From an uncultured virus (IMG/VR IMGVR_UViG_3300042893_000600) (lineage: Duplodnaviria; Heunggongvirae; Uroviricota; Caudoviricetes): a DNA stretch of 64,000 nucleotides. Positions 50,067 through 60,665 of the stretch are shown in pieces. The notes under the pieces were generated by a model. The model ran no database searches and was not told the DNA's origin. It saw only the letters and a program-made list of their open reading frames with translations. The stretch's first letter is position 1; every line of letters begins with the position of its first letter. The position numbers were made by a program, and so were the translations under genes. The stretch lies in the IMG/VR virus record IMGVR_UViG_3300042893_000600, positions 1 to 64,000 of that record. One strand, written 5' to 3'.

Positions 50067-50090
50067 ATACTATAAACCTAGGAGTTTTTT
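50043..50090 (+). terminator. Hairpin plus T-tract: probable terminator of the tail operon that also covers the next SD
   Basis: ACTCCTAGG (50043-51) pairs with CCTAGGAGT (50077-85), with an inner stem ATAGTAT/ATACTAT, followed by a T run. Confidence 0.6.
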
Positions 50091-50441
50091 GTGGACGAAC
50101 GATTTCAAAAAGCCTTTGAAACTGCCAATTATATGACAACATTGGCCAGTCAAAAGCAAATTCTTAAAGAAGAATTTTATCAAAATTTAATTCATTATCA
50201 TAATGGCGGAATCTTTACCGCATCGCGTGAGCTAATCAATTTTACCAAAACGCTAGTTGATATTGGTAACAATGAATCTACAGTACTGGTAGATAATAAC
50301 GAATTACCTGTTGACATTGTTGATCTCTCTAAATTTTTAGAGGAGTTGCTGTCAAAATATCATTTTGCCGTTAACGGGTATTATACAAGATACGATCAGA
50401 TGAGAAAGAATAGAACTGTGGAAGGTATTCTCAGTGTATGA
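50091..50441 (+). CDS. Hypothetical protein
   Basis: GTG start with SD AGGAG. Coupled to the next gene. Confidence 0.75.
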   Translation: MDERFQKAFETANYMTTLASQKQILKEEFYQNLIHYHNGGIFTASRELINFTKTLVDIGNNESTVLVDNNELPVDIVDLSKFLEELLSKYHFAVNGYYTRYDQMRKNRTVEGILSV

Positions 50442-51262
50442 CACAGGGCGTTTTACTTTTCGCAAATAACAACAGCGAAATAGCATACACTGATTTAGCT
50501 ATTTTTGCTGCACAGCAAATAACAAAGTATCTAAATGTGCCAGTTAGTATTGTAACTGATAGCAAACCCAGCATTTCAAAAAACGTATTTGATAAAATTA
50601 TAGAAATAACTGATAATTCTTCTTATACTAAAAGATTTCACGACGGCACTGACAGTAACAAAACGTTACATTGGAAAAATACATCCAGGTCTCGGTGCTA
50701 CGAGCTTACTCCATACGATGAAACGCTGGTTATTGATGTTGATTATATAGTTAATTCGACAACTTTAAACTATTGTTGGAATCAGCCGCATGATTTTTTA
50801 ATTTATTCCAAATATTGTGATCTAGCACAATGGCGAAGTAGCGCAGAATTTGATCATGTAAGCGAATATTCAGTACCGTTCTATTGGGCCACTGTATTTT
50901 TCTTTAGAAAAACTGAACTTAATAAACAATTTTTTGATTTAATAACACATATTAAATTAAATTGGGTTTATTACAAGTTTGTATATCAAATTCAAAGTAC
51001 AAATTTTAGAAATGATTATGCTTATAGCATAGCAATACACATGATGAATGGTTTCACAAATGGTGTATTTGCTAACCAACTACCTAGCAAGATGTTTTAT
51101 ACATTGGATACTGATTTTCTTATTGATATCGATGGCGACACCATGAAATTTCTTGTTGAAAAACAAAATACACCTGGTGAGTATACCGCTTTAAAAACTT
51201 CAGGATTAGACGTTCATGTTATGAACAAGTATAGTTTGTTAAGGTGTGTTAACAATGAGTAA
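50438..51262 (+). CDS. Putative GT-A fold glycosyltransferase (GT8-like)
   Basis: GVLLFA, LTPYDETLVIDVD (DxD), WATVFFFRK, FRND.A.SIA. Confidence 0.7.
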   Translation: MTQGVLLFANNNSEIAYTDLAIFAAQQITKYLNVPVSIVTDSKPSISKNVFDKIIEITDNSSYTKRFHDGTDSNKTLHWKNTSRSRCYELTPYDETLVIDVDYIVNSTTLNYCWNQPHDFLIYSKYCDLAQWRSSAEFDHVSEYSVPFYWATVFFFRKTELNKQFFDLITHIKLNWVYYKFVYQIQSTNFRNDYAYSIAIHMMNGFTNGVFANQLPSKMFYTLDTDFLIDIDGDTMKFLVEKQNTPGEYTALKTSGLDVHVMNKYSLLRCVNNE

Positions 51263-52088
51263 AGGTCATGTATTTTTAGCACAAAATTCCACAGTCGACT
51301 ATGTTAGACAAGCCTGTGCTTTAGCTTTAAGTATTAAAAAACATAATAAACAACACAATCAAACTTGTGTTATTACCAATGACGATATTCCTGAAGAATA
51401 CAAACACGCATTTGATTATATAGTTCCTATTCCATGGACTGATATAGCAAAAGATTCTGTATGGAAAATAGAAAATAGATGGAAAATTATTCATGCTACT
51501 CCATTCAAGGAGAATATTGTCTATGATACTGATATGATATTGCTAAACTCCAACGATCATTGGTGGCCACATTTATCCAAGCATGAACTATTGTTTACAT
51601 CCACAGTTACTGATTATAGAAACAACATTGTAACAAGTGATTTTTATCGTAAAACTTTTACAGCAAATGCGTTACCTAACTTGTATGTTGGAGCATTTTA
51701 TTTTAGAAAAACAAATAAATCCTATGAGTTTTTTAAATGGCTCGACTTGCTAACTGCCAATTGGAAAACTTTTTATCAAAAATTTTTATCAACACAGCCA
51801 CAAAAATTTTGTAGCATGGATGTAAATGCTGCCCTTGCTGTAAAATTTATGGATTGCGAATCGCAAGTTTTAGTTAACAAAACTTTTATACCCGGCTTTA
51901 CACACATGAAGCCCGCATTACAAGGGTGGAATAATGTACCCGCAAAATGGACAAGTGTGTTACCTAGTTATTTCTCGGATGATTGCCAGTTAAAAGTTGG
52001 TAACGTACAACAACAAGGTTTATTCCATTATGTAGAGGATGAATTTTTAACCGAAGACATACTACATAAGTTGTCTAGACAAACATGA
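51255..52088 (+). CDS. Putative GT-A fold glycosyltransferase, paralog of the preceding gene
   Basis: A.ALALSIK, ATPFKENIVYDTDM (DxD), FTHMKP, FHY. Start reassigned to ATG 51255. Confidence 0.7.
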   Translation: MSKGHVFLAQNSTVDYVRQACALALSIKKHNKQHNQTCVITNDDIPEEYKHAFDYIVPIPWTDIAKDSVWKIENRWKIIHATPFKENIVYDTDMILLNSNDHWWPHLSKHELLFTSTVTDYRNNIVTSDFYRKTFTANALPNLYVGAFYFRKTNKSYEFFKWLDLLTANWKTFYQKFLSTQPQKFCSMDVNAALAVKFMDCESQVLVNKTFIPGFTHMKPALQGWNNVPAKWTSVLPSYFSDDCQLKVGNVQQQGLFHYVEDEFLTEDILHKLSRQT

Positions 52089-52633
52089 CAGTAATTAACA
52101 AAATGTATGTACAATACGATGATACAGGTCGAGTACACTACGTTAACAATTTTCAAGATCCTGTACTTAAGAATTTCGAAATTGATCTAGAATTAATTTT
52201 AGACTTTTTATCGGATGGCAATAAAGACTGTAAGAAATATAAAATTAATTATTTTTTCAATCTAAGTAAGGGTGTTGTTGAACACGAATCCGAACAACAA
52301 GATATACAAACTCCGTTTCCTGTTGTAATGTCTAGGACAACTTCTTATCAAAACGAGATTACATTAGATCATAATCTACTAGAATCTAAATGGACAATTC
52401 ATGTTAGACCAGACCTAACAGATCAGTTAGCAATAAGTTCTGATTTTGTATTTTTTATTTGTAAGAAAGATGACCCGCATTATCTGTATTCTACTCTAGT
52501 TGTTCAACCAGATAATCTTAAAACTGGCAAGTTTGATTTGTTTTTTATTCATGATCATGAAAAAGACATAAACAATATAAGTGTTGTGCCGATTCGATCG
52601 TTTAAATCGTACGGGCTAAAGGAAATTAAATGA
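52085..52633 (+). CDS. Hypothetical protein
   Basis: ORF with ATGA overlaps on both sides. Confidence 0.7.
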   Translation: MTVINKMYVQYDDTGRVHYVNNFQDPVLKNFEIDLELILDFLSDGNKDCKKYKINYFFNLSKGVVEHESEQQDIQTPFPVVMSRTTSYQNEITLDHNLLESKWTIHVRPDLTDQLAISSDFVFFICKKDDPHYLYSTLVVQPDNLKTGKFDLFFIHDHEKDINNISVVPIRSFKSYGLKEIK

Positions 52634-53547
52634 GTCAAAAATTTAAAGTTATGGACTGCGATATTGTATATTTGAGCTATGACGAACCAAATGCCGAAGA
52701 AAATTACGCAGACTTACTGACCAAAGTGCCATGGGCAAAACGTGTACATGGTGTAGAAGGTAGTGATGCCGCACATAAAGCCTGTGCTAGGCTAAGTGAA
52801 ACAGATCGATTAATAGTTGTAGATGGCGACAACAAAATTCGTCCCGAGTTTCTTAAACAAGAAGTTGAATTTAAAGATGAAGTTGAACTTGATAAAAGTG
52901 TTATTAGTTGGGGAGCACAAAATGTCATCAATGGATTGATTTACGGTAACGGCGGCATCAAATGTTGGCCTACTCAGTTAGTACTTGACATGAAAACACA
53001 CGAAGCAGCTGAAAGTGACAATTCCAAGACACAAGTAGATTTTTGTTGGGATATCAATTACATACAGATGGAACAATGTATGAGCGATGTATATAACAAC
53101 GCTAATGCCCAACAGGCCTGGCGAGCTGGATTCCGTGAAGGTGTTAAAATGGGTTTGCTCGAAGGGTCAAAAGCAGACAATATTGTAAAACAAGTACACT
53201 GGAAAAATTTTCAAAGACTGTTAGTATGGATGCATGTTGGAATGGATGTTAAGAATGGTGAATGGGCAATCTATGGCGCCAGACAAGGTTGCTATATGAC
53301 CAATTGTACTGACTGGGATTTCGTCAATGTTAGAGACTTTAAATGGTTAAATTCCTATTGGACAGAACATGACAGTAAAACAACTGACAAGATGTTACCA
53401 TTTGAAATTATGGGTATCGGCGAAACACTTAAACATGAACTAGATATGTCTATGGCTGATCCATTCACCAGTGAGCAAAGTACACTATTTAAATCGTTGT
53501 ATACCAATCCACCACGTATGAAAAACACATTTATTGTGGGATCATAA
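52630..53547 (+). CDS. Putative glycosyltransferase (GT2-like)
   Basis: DIVYLSYDEPNA, RVHGVEG...AH, VVDGD (DxD), YGNGGIK, AWRAGFRE. Confidence 0.65.
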   Translation: MSQKFKVMDCDIVYLSYDEPNAEENYADLLTKVPWAKRVHGVEGSDAAHKACARLSETDRLIVVDGDNKIRPEFLKQEVEFKDEVELDKSVISWGAQNVINGLIYGNGGIKCWPTQLVLDMKTHEAAESDNSKTQVDFCWDINYIQMEQCMSDVYNNANAQQAWRAGFREGVKMGLLEGSKADNIVKQVHWKNFQRLLVWMHVGMDVKNGEWAIYGARQGCYMTNCTDWDFVNVRDFKWLNSYWTEHDSKTTDKMLPFEIMGIGETLKHELDMSMADPFTSEQSTLFKSLYTNPPRMKNTFIVGS

Positions 53548-54221
53548 TGTACGATATTGTATTCATAAGTTATCAAGAACCCAATGCTGACAGCAATTGG
53601 AAGTTGCTAAACCGTAGATTTCCATTTGCTAGACGTGTACACGGAGTAAAAGGTATACATCAAGCGCACATCGCCGCCGCAAAAAAGTGTTTCACTGACA
53701 TGCTGTGGGTAGTTGACGGCGACGCAGTGGTGCTTGACTCATTCAACTTTGATTATGTACCACAAGATCCTGAATATGTATTTGTTTGGCGAAGTAAAAA
53801 TCCCGTAAATGACTTAGAGTACGGCAACGGTGGAATAAAATTGTTGCCCAGGCTAATGACATTAAATATGGATACTAGCAAACCTGATATGACAACTAGT
53901 ATTAGTACTAAATTTAAACCTGTAAAAATAGTCAGTAACATAACGACATTTAACACCGATCCATTTAACACTTGGAAAAGCGCATTTAGAGAATGCTCTA
54001 AATTGTCAAGTACTGTTATCGACAGGCAAAAGCAAGACGAAACAGCAGACAGATTACATATATGGTGTACGAAAGGTATCGGTAGACCTTACGGTGATTG
54101 CGCTATTGCTGGCGCCCTAGCAGGTAAAGCATATGGTGACGCTAACAAAAATAATTTAGAAGCACTGAAGAAGATTAATGACTTTGAGTGGTTGGATAGA
54201 AAATTTAAGGAAACTTTATGA
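53547..54221 (+). CDS. Putative glycosyltransferase, tandem paralog
   Basis: DIVFISYQEPNA, RVHGVKG...AH, VVDGD, YGNGGIK, TWKSAFRE. Confidence 0.65.
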   Translation: MYDIVFISYQEPNADSNWKLLNRRFPFARRVHGVKGIHQAHIAAAKKCFTDMLWVVDGDAVVLDSFNFDYVPQDPEYVFVWRSKNPVNDLEYGNGGIKLLPRLMTLNMDTSKPDMTTSISTKFKPVKIVSNITTFNTDPFNTWKSAFRECSKLSSTVIDRQKQDETADRLHIWCTKGIGRPYGDCAIAGALAGKAYGDANKNNLEALKKINDFEWLDRKFKETL

Positions 54222-55153
54222 GTGAAAAGCAAAGCAGTACTATCGAGTGGTTGTATGGACTAGAAGATTATTTTAATTTTTCTAACAACACAGAAGCTGC
54301 GGATTATATTAGAAATATTATTACTATATTTTATGCAGACAATCCAGCAGCAGCATTAAAGAAATTATGTGTTAGCGCATTTGAATCTATCGATGACACT
54401 GAACAGTTTGCTAAGGTTGTCAACTTATATTTTACGGCACTAGACAAGAATTTTTCATTGCTAGAGCTTGCAAGTAATGCTAGAATCTTATTTCCTAAAG
54501 AAAAAATATTTAATGCTATTCATATGTACAGTCGTAATAATTCTAATATAGAAACATTAAACGATGCGCTGAGCAAGAGTCAAATTAAAAGTAAAATTTG
54601 GTTAGTAGAAGAACTAGCTAAGATAAAAACTAACTACGATAATGTAGCAGTTATGGCTGGATGGTACGGACAAATAAAATCAATTTATGACAAAAGGTTA
54701 ACTTATGCTAAAATGAGAATTATTGAATTGGATAAATCTGCGTGTGAAACTAGCGATTATATTTTTAATTTAAGCAATTTAGAAAATTATAAAGTTAAGT
54801 CAGTTAATGCCGATATCAACAATCTTACACTACACAAAAATGGTTATGAGTGGGACGTTGAAAATTTTAAAGAAGGTTCTAAATATACGGAGAAATTTTT
54901 ACCTGATTTAATCATCAATACCAGTGCCGAGCACATGACCGAAGAATGGTTTCATCAAATTAGATTTAAAGAATTGGAAAGCAATCCCGTTGTGGCAATA
55001 CAAAGTAATAATATGTTTGACGGAGAAGGACATGTTAATTGTGTTCATAGTATTGACCATATGAAGAAAAAGTTTCTCATGAAGGAAATTTTGTTTGAAG
55101 GTGAGCTACAGCTTAAGGGATATAAGCGTGTTATGCTTATAGGACGTCCATGA
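54218..55153 (+). CDS. Class I SAM-dependent methyltransferase-like protein
   Basis: SQIKSKIWL, motif I-like VMAGWYG, IELD, DLIINTSAEHM, QSNN. Confidence 0.65.
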   Translation: MSEKQSSTIEWLYGLEDYFNFSNNTEAADYIRNIITIFYADNPAAALKKLCVSAFESIDDTEQFAKVVNLYFTALDKNFSLLELASNARILFPKEKIFNAIHMYSRNNSNIETLNDALSKSQIKSKIWLVEELAKIKTNYDNVAVMAGWYGQIKSIYDKRLTYAKMRIIELDKSACETSDYIFNLSNLENYKVKSVNADINNLTLHKNGYEWDVENFKEGSKYTEKFLPDLIINTSAEHMTEEWFHQIRFKELESNPVVAIQSNNMFDGEGHVNCVHSIDHMKKKFLMKEILFEGELQLKGYKRVMLIGRP

Positions 55154-55377
55154 TAGATTTAGAAACATTCGAATTACGTAAACTACAAACAGAAGCTGCT
55201 CGCGCATTGTCTTCGATGGAAGCAACTAATGACAATATATACAAATTTAACCAAGTTGCTAGACATGACAGTCATTTATGGTATAAAGCTGTAATTAATT
55301 GGTATATAGAACAACATGGGGGCCTCCCAAGCGAGATAGGTCCAGGCTCAACAGTTAAAATGGTAACAACACAATGA
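55150..55377 (+). CDS. Small hypothetical protein
   Basis: 75-aa ORF with ATGA coupling on both sides. Confidence 0.7.
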   Translation: MIDLETFELRKLQTEAARALSSMEATNDNIYKFNQVARHDSHLWYKAVINWYIEQHGGLPSEIGPGSTVKMVTTQ

Positions 55378-56537
55378 TGTATAATTATGATGATATAAAA
55401 ACAGTTCACTTAGAAATTACTGATAAGTGTAATGCTGCTTGCCCTATGTGTGCAAGAAATATCAATGGTGGTGAAGATAATCCTCAGTTGCCAAATACTG
55501 AAATCACACTAGCAGATGCTGAAATAATTTTTCCAGTAGATTTTGTTAAACAACTTGATCGAATGTATATGTGCGGTAATTTTGGTGATCCTATGGCAGC
55601 ATCTGACACACTTGAAGTTTTTCAATATTTTAGGAAACATAATCCTAAAATGTCGTTGTCGTTACACACTAACGGCAGTGCTAAAACAACTGAATGGTGG
55701 AAAACTTTAGCAGCAACACTAAGTCCTAACGGGTATGTGGTATTTGGTATTGACGGATTAGCGGATACTAATCACTTGTATAGGCAAAATACTAATTTTG
55801 ACAAGATTATGCAAAATGCTCAGGCTTTCATCGATGCGGGTGGCAGAGCTCGTTGGGATTACATTGTATTTGCACATAATGAGCACCAAGTTGAAGAAGC
55901 AGAAAAATTAGCTAACAACATGAAGTTTGAAAAATTTCAAATTAAAAAGTCGGCAAGATTTGTTAGTAATGACGGCACTACTAAAGACCAGCACATTGCT
56001 CGTAATCGGAAAGGTATGTCTACTTTATTACAGCCCCCTACTAACCCTAAGTATCGAAATAGTGCATTACAAGAAATAAGTAAGATTGAGAGTAAGTCCA
56101 GAGTTGTTAAATTTAATCCTAGCAAAGTTTCAGAATTAACAATTTTAAAAAAACAAGTATTCAATACTGATCCTGAAAAGAAATCTCCTATTGAAAAATA
56201 CTGGGATACTACTGAAATTACATGTAAAGTTGCAGAAGAAAAAAGCATTTATATCAGCGCAGAAGGCATAGTACAACCTTGTTGTTGGACAGCTGGTCAA
56301 ATGTATGTGTGGTTTTTACAACCTAAGAGTACGCAAATTTGGTCTCTTATAGACGAAATTGGAAAAGACAAATTAAACGCTAAACTCACTTCGCTAAAGA
56401 GTATAGTTGACGGATTATTCTTTCAAGACTTACTACCTGAAAGTTGGAAGAAAACAAGTTGTGCTACTGGAAAACTGGCAATATGTGCTAGGACATGCGG
56501 CGGTAAGTATAACGCCTTTGCTGAACAATTTAAATAA
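55374..56537 (+). CDS. Radical SAM protein with C-terminal SPASM/twitch-like domain
   Basis: CNAACPMC, GNFGDP, HTNGS, FGIDG, then C...IYISAEG.V.PCCW...CARTC. Confidence 0.92.
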   Translation: MMYNYDDIKTVHLEITDKCNAACPMCARNINGGEDNPQLPNTEITLADAEIIFPVDFVKQLDRMYMCGNFGDPMAASDTLEVFQYFRKHNPKMSLSLHTNGSAKTTEWWKTLAATLSPNGYVVFGIDGLADTNHLYRQNTNFDKIMQNAQAFIDAGGRARWDYIVFAHNEHQVEEAEKLANNMKFEKFQIKKSARFVSNDGTTKDQHIARNRKGMSTLLQPPTNPKYRNSALQEISKIESKSRVVKFNPSKVSELTILKKQVFNTDPEKKSPIEKYWDTTEITCKVAEEKSIYISAEGIVQPCCWTAGQMYVWFLQPKSTQIWSLIDEIGKDKLNAKLTSLKSIVDGLFFQDLLPESWKKTSCATGKLAICARTCGGKYNAFAEQFK

Positions 56538-56538
56538 T

Positions 56539-57489
56539 TTAAATTATTATTTTTTTAGATATATTAGTTTCTAAGGCACAGCTACACCACGCCTGTTTAC
56601 AAACTACTGGTGTTTTCGATAATCCTTTAAAATCTTTTAAAGTTCCTAAATTCTGCCCTTGACTACAACTAGCGCCAGTTATGTCTCCAAAAAAAGAAAT
56701 ATATAAACAATCTGCTCCAATATTACAAGTCCAGTTAAAAAACTTGTTTAATCTATTGTTAAGCAAATACTGATCGTCAAGAGGTTCTTCTTGTCCATTA
56801 TCGTATTTTATAAATGTTTGTCCAAATCCCCGACCTTGACTTAGATTGAATGGAAACGCTTTATTTACAGGTGTTTCTTTTTCGAACCATGCCAGCTGTT
56901 GTTCTGTGTACTCGTAGCTAGTATCTTGTTCTAATTGATCTTTCTTAAATACTCTAGTAAATCCAGTATGTGCCATACTGTCCATGATTTTAAATTTATT
57001 GTATACTTCGACGCACTTATCCCATAACGGTGGCCACATTAATACAAATACTCCAGCATTGGTAACTTTGCCAATAGCATCCATTTTTTCAAATATATCT
57101 GTATTATCCCATTCTGGATGATAGCTCAATGTAACTTTGTACAATTTTGGAGCATATTCTTGCCACCAGGCTAAACTCCGTGTACCGTTTGTGTTAACAT
57201 GGCAGTGCCAATTATATTCGTTAAACTTGTCGCACAAGAATTCAAAGTGCGGAGAAATAGTAGGTTCTCCGCCGTTTAAAAATATATGTACTGGTCTATC
57301 TTTAACTTCTTCTTTTAGCTTAGATAAGAAATTTTCTAGTATCGCACGATCTTCTACCTTGTTGATTATAGTGTTAGTGCCTCGATGTAGTAAATCAGGA
57401 CAATAGGTACAGTGATATGTACAAATACTGTTCAAAGTCCAATTAATTACAAGTACATTATTCTTGTCATAGATTTCTATAGGTTTCAT
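56539..57489 (-). CDS. Radical SAM protein with C-terminal Cys cluster
   Basis: CTYHCTYC, GGEPT, NTNG, C-terminal CNIG...SC...CKQAWCSC. Confidence 0.92.
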   Translation of the reverse strand: MKPIEIYDKNNVLVINWTLNSICTYHCTYCPDLLHRGTNTIINKVEDRAILENFLSKLKEEVKDRPVHIFLNGGEPTISPHFEFLCDKFNEYNWHCHVNTNGTRSLAWWQEYAPKLYKVTLSYHPEWDNTDIFEKMDAIGKVTNAGVFVLMWPPLWDKCVEVYNKFKIMDSMAHTGFTRVFKKDQLEQDTSYEYTEQQLAWFEKETPVNKAFPFNLSQGRGFGQTFIKYDNGQEEPLDDQYLLNNRLNKFFNWTCNIGADCLYISFFGDITGASCSQGQNLGTLKDFKGLSKTPVVCKQAWCSCALETNISKKIII

Positions 57490-57497
57490 ATTACGTC

Positions 57498-57517
57498 TAT
57501 TTATCTAGCCATAAATA
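57498..57517. promoter_or_regulatory. Back-to-back late-type TAAATA boxes driving two divergent radical SAM genes
   Basis: Minus TAAATA at 57503-57498 (8 nt before the ATG) and plus TAAATA at 57512-57517 (4 nt before the ATG), in a 32-bp gap. Confidence 0.7.
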
Positions 57518-57521
57518 TCTC

Positions 57522-58799
57522 ATGACACCAAATACTATATTTCCAATTAAGTCTGAAACTGCCTGTTTATTAAAATGGGCCTGGAGCAGTCTTTTCGTAT
57601 ATCAAGGAACTTCTAGCTCATGCCATCGAACAATACATTCTTCGTTTGGTCCAGAGTTAATAGGCACTTTTCACAATACTCCTGAAAAAATCAAAGAACG
57701 TGAATTAATGCTTAACGGTAAATGGCCAGGTCGCGGGTGTGAATATTGCCGAGATATTGAAGCCGCCGGCGGCACAAGTGATCGTATGAGAGAATTGGAA
57801 GGGTTGTCGGATCCACTTTACCGAGGATTTATCCCGCCAGAATTAAAAGATAATCCCTTTGCTACAGTTGTCACTCCTACTATGTTAGAAGTTTACTTTA
57901 GTAATTTGTGTAATATGACATGCTTGTATTGCGGCCCAGATTTAAGTACACAATGGGTCGCTGAAAATAATATTCATGCAGGTGATCGTGGTAAACAGCA
58001 ATTTAAAATACATCAAGAACGACAAAATTTATATCCTGAGCGTTTAAAATATTTTTGGGAATGGTTATCAAACAACTATCAAAGTCTCAGGATGTTTAAC
58101 GTATTAGGTGGCGAGCCATTTTACCAAGATGAAACAGAACAATGTATTGAATTTTGGAATAACAATCCCAATCCCAAAATGCATTTTAGCATATTTTCTA
58201 ATTTAAAAGTTAAGCCTGAAAAATTTAAAAAAATATTAGATAAATTTGATTATCTTATTAAAAATAAAAAAGTAAGTTCTATAGGGATAACAGCTAGTCT
58301 TGATTGTTGGGGCGTCGAACAAGAATATGTGCGATGGGGCGTAGATTTAAATGAGTGGGAAACTAATTTCAAAACTCTTGTTTACGATTACCCTAGCATA
58401 AAGATTTGCGTTAACAGTACAATAAATTGCCTTTCTATAAAAACTATGCCCGAATTACTAACTAGAATTAATGATTGTAATTCTTATCGTAAAAGTATTA
58501 CAGGTAATGATATTATTCATAGTTTTAATATGTTAACGGAACCAAACTTCATGAATGCTAAGATTTTCCCGGCAGGGTTCTTCGATGAAGATTTTAAAAA
58601 GATTTTAACTGTTATGCCTTCAGCCACAGCAAGAGAGCAGAGTCTAAAAGAGCATATGGAAGGTATTTGGAAAGCATACAATTCTGCCAAACACGATCCT
58701 AGTCAAATTGCTTTGTTAAAAGAAGTACTCGACGAAGCAGACAAGCGTCACAAAACCAATTGGCAAACAATTTTTCCTTGGTTAACGGACATACATTAA
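57522..58799 (+). CDS. Radical SAM protein with N-terminal Cys (twitch-like) domain
   Basis: N-terminal CLLKW...SCHR...GCEYC, then CNMTCLYC, GGEPF, ASLDCWG.EQEYVR.G. Confidence 0.9.
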   Translation: MTPNTIFPIKSETACLLKWAWSSLFVYQGTSSSCHRTIHSSFGPELIGTFHNTPEKIKERELMLNGKWPGRGCEYCRDIEAAGGTSDRMRELEGLSDPLYRGFIPPELKDNPFATVVTPTMLEVYFSNLCNMTCLYCGPDLSTQWVAENNIHAGDRGKQQFKIHQERQNLYPERLKYFWEWLSNNYQSLRMFNVLGGEPFYQDETEQCIEFWNNNPNPKMHFSIFSNLKVKPEKFKKILDKFDYLIKNKKVSSIGITASLDCWGVEQEYVRWGVDLNEWETNFKTLVYDYPSIKICVNSTINCLSIKTMPELLTRINDCNSYRKSITGNDIIHSFNMLTEPNFMNAKIFPAGFFDEDFKKILTVMPSATAREQSLKEHMEGIWKAYNSAKHDPSQIALLKEVLDEADKRHKTNWQTIFPWLTDIH

Positions 58800-58806
58800 A
58801 TACTAG

Positions 58807-59352
58807 ATGAAAATACTTATTACTGGAAATCCAAATTTTGGCTTAGCATCTGAATTGTTTAAGCTATACCCTGACGCAACATTCATATCGAGAGAAAGTG
58901 GATATGATTTAACCACCCGAGAAGGTTATCGTAAACTAGGTGAGATAGTCGCAGAATACGATATTTTTATCAATTCAAGTGCGTTATGGAAATTTAATCA
59001 AACGCTAGTACTTGATGCTGTATATAAAAAATGTGTAGAGATCAAACACAATATGCGAATCATTTGTATAGGTAGCACTACAGATAGAGTTAAGAAAGCA
59101 ACATCGTGGATTTATAACGCTGAGAAAAAAGCACTACGTGATTATTCAAATAGTTTAAGTTTAACAGGTGTGTGGGATTCAGGCCCAACAGTCTCGCTAA
59201 TCAGTTTTGGCAGTTTGTCTAATGTACAAGAAAAACACCCAGGCCGTGTTTGTTTAGAACTATCACGTGCCGCATCTTATATTAAATGGTTGATTGACCA
59301 GCCTTCGGATATATGTATTAATGAAATCAGTATTGACCCTTTACAACATTAA
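58807..59352 (+). CDS. Short SDR/Rossmann-fold oxidoreductase-like protein
   Basis: KILITG...GLA, DIFINS, IGS, YNAEK (YxxxK). Confidence 0.7.
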   Translation: MKILITGNPNFGLASELFKLYPDATFISRESGYDLTTREGYRKLGEIVAEYDIFINSSALWKFNQTLVLDAVYKKCVEIKHNMRIICIGSTTDRVKKATSWIYNAEKKALRDYSNSLSLTGVWDSGPTVSLISFGSLSNVQEKHPGRVCLELSRAASYIKWLIDQPSDICINEISIDPLQH

Positions 59353-60665
59353 TGACTAAAACCTTTTGTCCTATTCCTTGGAATTTCCAAGCAGTCCGTA
59401 ATAACGGAGATATTCGTGTATGTTGTCAAGCCAACGTAACAGAAAATCAAGGTGTGGTTAGACATGCGGACGGTACTCCGTTCAACGCTGGTAAAGATGA
59501 TATGGAAATTGCTCGAAATGCCACACTGATGAAAGAAGTTCGTATGAACATGTTGACAGGCGAGTGGAGTAAAGAATGCGGCCGGTGCCAACAAGAAGAA
59601 GCAAGTGGCTTAAACAGTCGTAGACAATACGAACTAGATAACTGGAAATTTAGTATAGATGATGCTCGCAACATTACAGACGTTGATGGCACCATTAAAA
59701 ATAGACAGTTAGAATATTATGATTTACGATTTGGTAACTTATGTAACTTAGCGTGTCGTATGTGTGGTCCAACCGATAGTCATACTTGGTATGAACAATG
59801 GACAGAATATCATGGTAGTACAGATTACGCAGACACACACGGCATTGTAAAACTAATTAAAAACTCTAAAGGCAGATTAAGTACTGAGGATTATGATTGG
59901 CATAACAGTGAAACATTCTGGCAGCAAATAGAAGCTAATATTCCAAATATCAAACATGTCTATATGGCCGGCGGTGAACCAATGATGATTGAACGTCATT
60001 ATGAGTTCTTACAAAAGTGTATCGATATGGGTCAAAGTAACAAGATGATTATCGAGTACAATACTAACATGAGTAATTTGCCACAACGTGTATTGGATAT
60101 GTGGACGCAGTTTAAGCAAGTTCGTGTTGGCGCCAGTATGGATGGTATGGGCGATGTAGTAGAATATCAGCGCTGGCCTCTAAAGTGGAGCCAGGCATAT
60201 AAGAACTTACAAAAGCTAGATGAATATGCACAAAATAATTCCAATATACTTGCTTGGTTAGCGTGTACAGTAACAGCATATAACATTTGGCACATACCTC
60301 GTTTTATGAAGTGGAAATTACAAAGTAGTGGATTTAAAAAGATTAATAGTACAAAAAAACGTCCTATCATAACACATCATGTGGCACATGGTCCAAAACG
60401 TGTTAATGTACGGGTATTGCCAGCTGACATGAAACAAGAGATAGTTGAATACTATGCTCGTTGGATAGAAGAATTTAAAACAGAATATCCAGAAGATATT
60501 GCTAAGAACGCTGAAAATATTTTAAACAGCATTACCAAGTATATGTTAGATGCAGATTACAGTGATAAACTTCCTGAGTTTATTAAGTTTACAAAGTATT
60601 TAGACAGTGCCAGAGATCAGCATATTGTTGATATAGCACCAGAATTTAAACGATTATTTGATTAA
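59352..60665 (+). CDS. Radical SAM protein with N-terminal SPASM/twitch-like domain
   Basis: FCPIPW...RVCC...ECGRC, then CNLACRMC, AGGEP, YNTN, ASMDG. Confidence 0.92.
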   Translation: MTKTFCPIPWNFQAVRNNGDIRVCCQANVTENQGVVRHADGTPFNAGKDDMEIARNATLMKEVRMNMLTGEWSKECGRCQQEEASGLNSRRQYELDNWKFSIDDARNITDVDGTIKNRQLEYYDLRFGNLCNLACRMCGPTDSHTWYEQWTEYHGSTDYADTHGIVKLIKNSKGRLSTEDYDWHNSETFWQQIEANIPNIKHVYMAGGEPMMIERHYEFLQKCIDMGQSNKMIIEYNTNMSNLPQRVLDMWTQFKQVRVGASMDGMGDVVEYQRWPLKWSQAYKNLQKLDEYAQNNSNILAWLACTVTAYNIWHIPRFMKWKLQSSGFKKINSTKKRPIITHHVAHGPKRVNVRVLPADMKQEIVEYYARWIEEFKTEYPEDIAKNAENILNSITKYMLDADYSDKLPEFIKFTKYLDSARDQHIVDIAPEFKRLFD

